Shown here in pieces: positions 63,712 through 64,000 of a stretch of DNA of 64,000 nucleotides (its first letter is position 1; every line of letters begins with the position of its first letter). The DNA comes from Malacoraja senta. Its lineage: Eukaryota. The translations under genes and the position numbers were made by a program. The notes under the pieces are model-generated. The model made no database searches, was not told where the DNA came from, and worked only from the letters and a program-made list of their open reading frames with translations. The stretch covers positions 4,342,001 to 4,406,000 of the forward strand of contig CM075993.1 in NCBI GenBank assembly GCA_038087875.1, in the 5' to 3' direction.

Positions 63712-64000
63712 AAAGGAATGGGTGACGTTTCGGGTCGAGACCCTTCTTCAGACTGATGTCAGTGGGGAGGGGGAGATACATAGATCAGGAAGTGTAAAGT
63801 GTGAAAGTAGGACAAAGGGTGTGGAGATCAAGGAACATGTCGAATAGATCATTGTTAGCTGGGAGAAGGTAACAACAAAGCAAACAGAAATAAAATGTGG
63901 TCGGAGAAAGTAAGACTGGTCGGAGAACTGGGAAGGGGGAGGGATGGACAGAGAGGGAAAGCAAGGGTTACTTGAAGTTGGAGAAGTCAATATTCATACT
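63712..64000 (-). mobile_element. Penelope-like 3' UTR and terminal repeat (continues beyond the window)
   Basis: Reverse complement matches 34850-35080, including cttcaagtaaccc and the hammerhead core. Confidence 0.8.

Noticed and set aside
43817..64000. Coding exons of TMEM266 or another plus-strand gene
   Set aside because: No segment translated to a protein I could recognise, so no CDS or gene symbol was assigned.

Overview
Repeat-dense eukaryotic genomic DNA, most likely from a cartilaginous fish (skate/ray-like), judged from abundant HE1-type V-SINEs and HER1/CR1 LINE 3' ends. The only protein-coding gene I could reconstruct is missed by the ORF track. It is a spliced, minus-strand EGF-family ligand that best matches neuregulin-4: start exon 17462-17474, EGF exon 8758-8845, EGF/TM exon 6818-6973, a probable terminal exon 1533-1563, and putative 5'UTR exons near 18.4 and 20.3-20.7 kb. 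A CpG-rich promoter-like region with a plus-strand donor at 43817 suggests the non-coding first exon of a divergent gene, but none of its coding exons were recognised. The rest is transposon debris: CR1/HER1, Rex1, L2, L1/Tx1, RTE, RTE-X, Penelope (GIY-YIG), a Harbinger-like MITE family, hAT, Tc1 and Helitron pieces, simple repeats and two 200-N gaps. The most interesting hidden signal is catalytic RNA. Many copies of a Penelope terminal repeat carry a minimal hammerhead ribozyme core (CTGAAGA-A-GGGT CTCG ACCC-GAAACGTC), often as short TSD-flanked palindromic insertions. A 410-bp non-autonomous RTE-like element shows HDV-like ribozyme pairing at its 5' end. Family names come from pattern recognition, not database searches, and repeat boundaries are approximate.
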